Source: Thermoanaerobaculia bacterium
GTDB taxonomy: Bacteria; Acidobacteriota; Thermoanaerobaculia; Gp7-AA8
Length of the DNA: 46,838 nt
Direction: 5' to 3'
Assembly (NCBI GenBank): GCA_051953135.1
Contig: JBQCJC010000201.1
Location: 1-46,838, forward strand
Position numbers and translations under genes: made by a program. Shown here one piece after another: positions 42,151 through 46,838 of the stretch. The notes beneath the pieces are model-generated. The model had not been told where the DNA came from, searched no databases, and saw only the letters and a program-made list of their open reading frames with translations. Every line of letters starts with the position of its first letter. Positions within the stretch are counted from its first letter, which is position 1.

Positions 42151-42918
42151 GTGTTCTTTTGCACTGATCCTCGCGAGTTCGAGAACGCGCTCACGAGTTG
42201 CGCGCCCGACCTTTTGCTGATGGACATTCACCTCGGCCGCGGCGATGACCTCAACGGCTTCGATCTCGTGCGACTGCTTCGTCAGCACGATAAGCTCGCG
42301 CACGTCCCGGTGATCTTCGTCTCCGGCGATCGGGTGCGCGACGCACGACTCGGCGGCGCAATGTCCGGCGGCGACACGTTCGTCACGAAACCGATCGACT
42401 GGGCATTGCTGCTTTCGCACATTCAATCGAGTCTCGAGCGCACGAGTGCGTTGCGCGATCGCGCCGACATCGACACCGTCACCGGCGTGCTCACGCGCAC
42501 CGCGTTCTTCGCGCGTGCGCCGCTGCGCATTTCGCCGCGAACCGTTGCGGTGATCCTCGACCTCGATCACTTCAAGCAAATCAACGATACGTTCGGTCAC
42601 GGCACCGGCGATCGCGTGCTCGCGTCCGTCGGCATGTGTCTGCGTCGCGGCGTGCGTCACGAATACGATCTCGTCGGACGGTACGGCGGCGAGGAGTTCG
42701 TGCTGCTGCTCGAAGCGATCTCGCGCGACGACGCGAAGAGACTGATGGAGCGTCTGCTCGCGGATTGTGCGCGCATCGATCACGGCAACGATTTGCGCGT
42801 CACGTTCAGCGCCGGTGTGGCGGCGTTCGAGGAATCGCTCGAGGCGACGCTGCAGCAGGCCGATGCCGCGATGTACGAAGCAAAGCGTGCGGGACGGGCG
42901 AGGGTCGTGCTGGCGTAG
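42151..42918 (+). CDS. REC-GGDEF diguanylate cyclase, 5'-truncated as an ORF (possible pseudogene or split gene)
   Basis: GTG 42151 is the first in-frame ATG/GTG/TTG after the TAA at 42091..42093. The domain itself starts upstream (VLVV*DDPTQIAILRKVLGGAGYDV-FFCTD...). Receiver motifs LLLMDIHL, VIFVSG and VTKP are intact. GGDEF motif is RYGGEEFVLLL. Confidence 0.65.
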   Translation: MFFCTDPREFENALTSCAPDLLLMDIHLGRGDDLNGFDLVRLLRQHDKLAHVPVIFVSGDRVRDARLGGAMSGGDTFVTKPIDWALLLSHIQSSLERTSALRDRADIDTVTGVLTRTAFFARAPLRISPRTVAVILDLDHFKQINDTFGHGTGDRVLASVGMCLRRGVRHEYDLVGRYGGEEFVLLLEAISRDDAKRLMERLLADCARIDHGNDLRVTFSAGVAAFEESLEATLQQADAAMYEAKRAGRARVVLA

Positions 42919-42946
42919 CCGATTGTGTTAAAACGCGCCCTTCTTT

Positions 42947-43456
42947 ATGTGGACCGCCCGACGCATTCTCAAAGAGCTCGCCGGCGCCGATCGCCGTCGC
43001 GCCATCCTCGCCTCGTTCTGGAAATACGCCGATCAGCAACAGCGCCTGATCGTGCAGATGCATCTCGCGAAGGCTTTGCACTTCCGCGATGAGACCATTC
43101 GCAAAATCCCGCCGGAGAAGAAAGCGGATCTCCTTGCGACGCGCATCGGCGTCGCGGAGTTCGAGCAATTCTTCGAGATGGCGCTGATGCTCTATCACAC
43201 GCACGAGAAGAATCAGATGCTCGGCGCGTTCCTCGATCAGTGGGGCGTGCCGCACGACAACGGCTCGATCGAGACCGATGAGTACACGACGCCGAGCACC
43301 GATCAGGTGCGCGCCGCGGTGACGTCGCTCGAAGGTCAGTACGGGAAGGAAGACGTGCTCGTGTATCTCGCGACCGCCGGTCTGCTCATGGCAGATGGCT
43401 GGCGCGATGCGACCTGGCCTGTTGTCGATGAACTCAGTGGAGCGGCGGGCTCTTAG
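42947..43456 (+). CDS. hypothetical protein
   Basis: 169-aa ORF of ordinary, non-repetitive composition that fills the gap between neighbouring genes. No family recognised. Confidence 0.6.
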   Translation: MWTARRILKELAGADRRRAILASFWKYADQQQRLIVQMHLAKALHFRDETIRKIPPEKKADLLATRIGVAEFEQFFEMALMLYHTHEKNQMLGAFLDQWGVPHDNGSIETDEYTTPSTDQVRAAVTSLEGQYGKEDVLVYLATAGLLMADGWRDATWPVVDELSGAAGS

Positions 43457-43511
43457 CCCGCCGAATCATCATGGCGGGCTGAGAGCCGGTATGGCGGGCT
43501 GAGAGCCCGCC
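43444..43511. terminator. cluster of GGCGGGCT/AGCCCGCC hairpins with a 17-bp direct repeat (bidirectional terminator candidate)
   Basis: Three hairpins: ggcgggct-ctt-agcccgcc, agcccgcc-gaatcatcat-ggcgggct and ggcgggc-tgaga-gcccgcc. Direct repeat atggcgggctgagagcc at 43471..43487 and 43491..43507. Lies between convergent genes. Confidence 0.5.
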
Positions 43512-43517
43512 ACTCCA

Positions 43518-44081
43518 CTACTCAATCTTCAACACACTCCAACTCGTTCCGTCCCAGATCAGCGTGGCCTTCGACGTTCTCGGCGTCGAGTAGCGTTCGT
43601 GCAGCGTTCCGGTCTTGAACGCCGTGCCGACTTCATTCGCGATCCATTTCCACGAAAACTCCGCGGTCGCGGTGCCGTCGGCGTTCGCGGTCACTGCACT
43701 GACATCGCCCATTTCCTTCTTCGCGAGCGGCACGACGTCGAGGATCCCGTTCTCGCGCATCAGAAAACGTTTGTCGCCGCGCGATTTCTGCGTCAGCGTC
43801 ACGGTGCTGCCGTCGATCGCGATCCATCCCGCATCCGCCAGTTCCTTCGCCGATGCCTTCACCGGCTCGCTCGCATTCGCGAGATTCACCGGCGTCGTGA
43901 ACGCCGCATTCGTGAACTCGAACTCGCCGAGCTCCGCCGAGCTCGCGATCAACTCGCGCGCCTGCGCAATCGAGGGCGGGGGCGTCGTCGGTTTTGCGGG
44001 CTCGGCCGAGGACGTCGTGGCGGGGGATTCGCCTTGGCACGCGGCGAAAACGAAAAGCAGCGCGAGGAGAAAACGCTTCAT
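43518..44081 (-). CDS. hypothetical lipoprotein
   Basis: Start at MKRFLLALLFVFAAC (lipobox FAAC), followed by a Ser/Thr/Pro-rich linker. The long upstream ORF extension is the out-of-frame shadow of the pseudouridine synthase gene. ATGA overlap with that gene. Confidence 0.75.
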   Translation of the reverse strand: MKRFLLALLFVFAACQGESPATTSSAEPAKPTTPPPSIAQARELIASSAELGEFEFTNAAFTTPVNLANASEPVKASAKELADAGWIAIDGSTVTLTQKSRGDKRFLMRENGILDVVPLAKKEMGDVSAVTANADGTATAEFSWKWIANEVGTAFKTGTLHERYSTPRTSKATLIWDGTSWSVLKIE

Positions 44082-44824
44082 GTCGCGGAGTGTAGTGCGC
44101 GTAGTTCCTCTTTCGTCAACGCGCGCGTTTCGCCGACCGCCAGCTCGCCGAGTTGCACGCTGCCGATCGCGATGCGCGTCAATGACACGACCTTCGCTTC
44201 CAGCGCCTCCACCATTCTCCGCACCTGCCGATTGCGTCCCTCGGTGATCGTGATCTCGAAGACCGTCTTGCCGCCGGGATCGCGCAATCGCGAAACGATT
44301 GCAGGTCTCGTCATCCCATCGCGTAACTCGATTCCTTCGCGCAATCGATCGAGCAACTCGTCCGAAAGAAATCGCGACGCCTTCACGACGTACGTCTTCG
44401 GCACGTGATACTCGGGATTGGTCATCCGCTCCGCGAACGCGGTGTCGTTCGTCAGGATCAGCAACCCACTCGTGTCCATGTCCAGACGTCCAACGGGAAA
44501 GAGGTAACGATCGCGATCCGGAAGGAGGTCGTAGATCGTCTTCCGTCCTTCGGGATCGCGGTACGTCGTGAGATATCCAGTGGGCTTGTGCAGAAGCAGA
44601 TACACCGGCTCCGACTGTTCGATCGGCTTGTCGTCGAACGTCACGGTGTCGCGCTCGAGATCGATCCACCGATTCGGATCGCCTTCGACGCGGCCGTTCA
44701 CTTTTACGCGACCCGCACCGATCCACTTGCGCGCTTCAGTACGCGAGCCGAGTCCCGCTTTCGAGATCACGCGCTCGAGCGTTTTGATCGGACGATCGCC
44801 GGTGGAAGGAGCTTTTGCGGCCAT
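44078..44824 (-). CDS. pseudouridine synthase, RsuA/RluB/RluF family (S4 domain plus catalytic domain)
   Basis: Start at MAAKAPSTGDRPIKTLERVISKAGLGSRTEARKWIGAGRVKVNG (S4-like). Catalytic motif VGRLDMDTSGLLILTND. Also EGRNRQVRRM. Confidence 0.9.
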   Translation of the reverse strand: MAAKAPSTGDRPIKTLERVISKAGLGSRTEARKWIGAGRVKVNGRVEGDPNRWIDLERDTVTFDDKPIEQSEPVYLLLHKPTGYLTTYRDPEGRKTIYDLLPDRDRYLFPVGRLDMDTSGLLILTNDTAFAERMTNPEYHVPKTYVVKASRFLSDELLDRLREGIELRDGMTRPAIVSRLRDPGGKTVFEITITEGRNRQVRRMVEALEAKVVSLTRIAIGSVQLGELAVGETRALTKEELRALHSAT

Positions 44825-45429
44825 CAGTGCCTGACGATCAACTCGACGTCGTCGCCGATCTTCATCCGCTCGATCGCGCCGTCTTTTTTGTTCACGCGCA
44901 GCTCGTGCACGTTGCCGGTGTTCGCATCGGTGAAGCGCCACGTATTCGTGTTCGCATCGGAAGAGGCGAGCTGGGCCAATCCTTCTTTCTTCTGCGGATC
45001 GAACGCGAGCGTCACGCGCTGATACATGCGCCCGCCGTACTCCGGCGCCGTCGCTTCCTTCCACACGTTGCCGTTGCGTGTCGACCACACCACGCCGCGC
45101 GTTCCCGCAGCCGCGCGCCATTCGATGCCCTCCGCTTTCAGCGTGACCACTTCTTCGCCGATGCGCGTGCGTTTCATTTCGCCATTCGCCGTGACGCCAC
45201 GATCGTTCAACGTGAATGCGAACCCGGAATTCGATTTCAGCCACGTCATCGCATCGTCGTAGGAGCCGTGATCGATCGGCGTCGCGACGGGAGTGACGGA
45301 GGTGATAGCCGGGGAGGATGTTGTTGTTGCCGGCGGAGTCGGTTCCGACGATGAGGTCGTGGCCGGCGCGGGCGTTTCGCGCGAGCAGGCGAGGGTCAGT
45401 GCAAGAAGAACGAGAGCGAAGCGACGCAT
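44824..45429 (-). CDS. hypothetical lipoprotein
   Basis: Start at MRRFALVLLALTLAC (lipobox LTLAC), followed by a Ser/Thr/Pro-rich linker. The stop shares one nucleotide with the pseudouridine synthase ATG (TGATG). The upstream 374 codons of the ORF are antisense junk. Confidence 0.7.
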   Translation of the reverse strand: MRRFALVLLALTLACSRETPAPATTSSSEPTPPATTTSSPAITSVTPVATPIDHGSYDDAMTWLKSNSGFAFTLNDRGVTANGEMKRTRIGEEVVTLKAEGIEWRAAAGTRGVVWSTRNGNVWKEATAPEYGGRMYQRVTLAFDPQKKEGLAQLASSDANTNTWRFTDANTGNVHELRVNKKDGAIERMKIGDDVELIVRH

Positions 45430-45540
45430 TGCGGCGCGTACTTTAACGTGCAACGGGAGAGTGCCGTGCGTTCGCAGGCTCGTCACAGTTATGCGGAATG
45501 TCCGTGCTACTCTCGCTGTCGAAGTTCGTGAGGAATCGTC

Positions 45541-46791
45541 ATGCGGAAAACTTCGTGGATGTGGTGGGTGGCTGTAGGTGCGGCTTCCGGCTGCGTGCTG
45601 TTTGGCGTGTCGCGCGTTCCCTTCGGTGATACCGAAGTGCAGCACGCGAGCGTGCTCCGGCCTCCGCATCGACCCGCGCCTCCTCCGGTCTTCATCCCCG
45701 AGCCGCCGCCCGCGGAACCATCGAACGAAACGCCGACGCTCCTTCAGGTCTCGGAAAAGAAAACCGATCTGCGTGTGAAAGCGCTCGCGCGCGAGATGGC
45801 GGACATGTGGACGCGCAACCCCGAGGAGCTCGTGGTGGCGATTGATGATGCGGCGCGCTCGATGCCGAGCTCTCCCTCCGTCACGCTGCTCCTCGCGATC
45901 GCGCACGCCGAAACGAACGGCAAGATTCTCGACGTCAGCGAAGCAGGCGCGGTCGGACTCGCGCAGGCGACGCCCGTCGCGTATCGACAGGAAGGCTTCG
46001 ACGGAAAGCTCTTCGTCACGAAGGACTATCTGATCGGTTCGCGCGCGTACATCATGAAGAAGCCCCTCGGCGATGCCGACACGATCGCATCGCTCATCGT
46101 CGACAAAGACACGCCCGCGAATCGCAAGAAAGCGAAGCGCCTGCTCAAATCGGCGAAGGATCTGCGACGCGAAGGCATCGACGAGCTCGAACTGCTCGCG
46201 CCGTACGCATCGAAGAATTACTTCACGCGCATCGAGGAGATGGACGAGCACAATCGCGTCACGCTCAATCGCCTCGGCAAGTTGCTGGAGACCGGATCGA
46301 AGGCGCAGCTCCGCACGTTCCGCAACGATGTGCGCAAGGAGTATCGCGCACTGAAAGCATCGCAGCTCGAAACGTGGGCGCGGTATCAAAAGGATTTGAT
46401 CGCGGAACGCGATGCGATGCTCGCGAAGCACTTCGGTGCGAATCCCGAGATCGTGAAGAAGTCGATGGCCTACGAGGCGAGCGAATACCTCGGCGCGAAT
46501 CTCGATGATCGCTTCTCCGCGAAGAGCATGTCGCGCTTCCTCGTGCGTCATCTCGATCGCAAATCGAATGAGGCGCGGCAGCTCGCGAAACGCGATCAGG
46601 ATGTCGAAGAGATGACGGCCGCGCTGTACAACGGCGGCTCACACAACGTGAAGCGCATGCTCGCGGGCTTGATTCGCACGCTGCCCGAGACCGAGAAGTA
46701 CATGCGCAAAGTTCCGGCGACACGTCGCAGACTCGATGGCGTGATCGCAGGTGTGCCGATGGGTGAGAACGCCGTGCGGACGCTCCGGTAA
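45541..46791 (+). CDS. membrane-anchored SLT-domain (lytic transglycosylase-like) protein
   Basis: GAGGA Shine-Dalgarno. N-terminal TM helix WMWWVAVGAASGCVLFGV and a Pro-rich linker. SLT-like motifs LLAIAHAETNG and SEAGAVGLAQATP, later LYNGG. Confidence 0.7.
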   Translation: MRKTSWMWWVAVGAASGCVLFGVSRVPFGDTEVQHASVLRPPHRPAPPPVFIPEPPPAEPSNETPTLLQVSEKKTDLRVKALAREMADMWTRNPEELVVAIDDAARSMPSSPSVTLLLAIAHAETNGKILDVSEAGAVGLAQATPVAYRQEGFDGKLFVTKDYLIGSRAYIMKKPLGDADTIASLIVDKDTPANRKKAKRLLKSAKDLRREGIDELELLAPYASKNYFTRIEEMDEHNRVTLNRLGKLLETGSKAQLRTFRNDVRKEYRALKASQLETWARYQKDLIAERDAMLAKHFGANPEIVKKSMAYEASEYLGANLDDRFSAKSMSRFLVRHLDRKSNEARQLAKRDQDVEEMTAALYNGGSHNVKRMLAGLIRTLPETEKYMRKVPATRRRLDGVIAGVPMGENAVRTLR

Positions 46792-46794
46792 GCG

Positions 46795-46838
46795 GAACGC
46801 CGCCGGCCCGGCGGCGGTGGCCGCCGCGGCCCCCCGCC
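46795..46838. repeat. GC-rich palindromic tract after the stop codon (cut by the window end)
   Basis: gaacgccgccggcccggcggcggtggccgccgcggccccccgcc contains gccgccgg/ccggcggc and ggtggccgcc/ggcggcc-type self-complementarity. Same compositional class as 24264..24360. Confidence 0.4.

Overview
Densely coding, high-GC bacterial chromosomal segment (about two-thirds G+C by eye). The gene content resembles a soil Acidobacteriota- or Gemmatimonadota-like organism, but that taxon is inference only. I recognised no rRNA, tRNA, CRISPR array, transposase or integrase. Left to right: (1) A short, visibly lower-GC segment with an orphan lipoprotein-like ORF. (2) A minus-strand block: NarL-type two-component system, then a stand-alone receiver, then a 1893-aa exported multidomain protein ending in dockerin repeats, then a small cohesin-like protein with an IPTL-CTERM-type anchor. 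This is my top candidate for an undescribed system. (3) A YfhO-like membrane protein. (4) A co-directional array of about 9 kb, mostly coupled by overlapping stop/start codons: GGDEF/EAL protein, TonB-dependent receptor (broken by an in-frame TGA), NitT/TauT-type ABC importer, and a stand-alone NRPS-like A-T-TE enzyme. (5) An adenosine/AMP-deaminase-fold protein. (6) Two inverted VPS10/BNR (sortilin-like) paralogues bracketing a JAMM-motif protein, DUF1499, DUF2277, a PAP2/vanadium-haloperoxidase-like protein and an M6 (InhA-like) metalloprotease. (7) A phosphorelay cluster: OmpR-type RR, GAF-PAS-PAS hybrid kinase, CheY, Hpt-REC and REC-GGDEF. The last two are separated only by an in-frame TAA. 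(8) A pseudouridine synthase flanked by two lipoprotein genes, plus an SLT-domain protein. Non-coding signals worth attention: a 141-bp element with perfect 36-bp inverted repeats between two divergent promoters; two intergenic long hairpins whose arms are built from tandem heptamers around a shared GGGNGACC...TTCTCCC core; a GCAGTACC motif 8-9 nt upstream of three start codons, with -10-like hexamers placed as expected for leaderless mRNAs; and several G/C-run palindromic blocks. Most long ORFs antisense to these genes, and several N-terminal ORF extensions, are high-GC artefacts.
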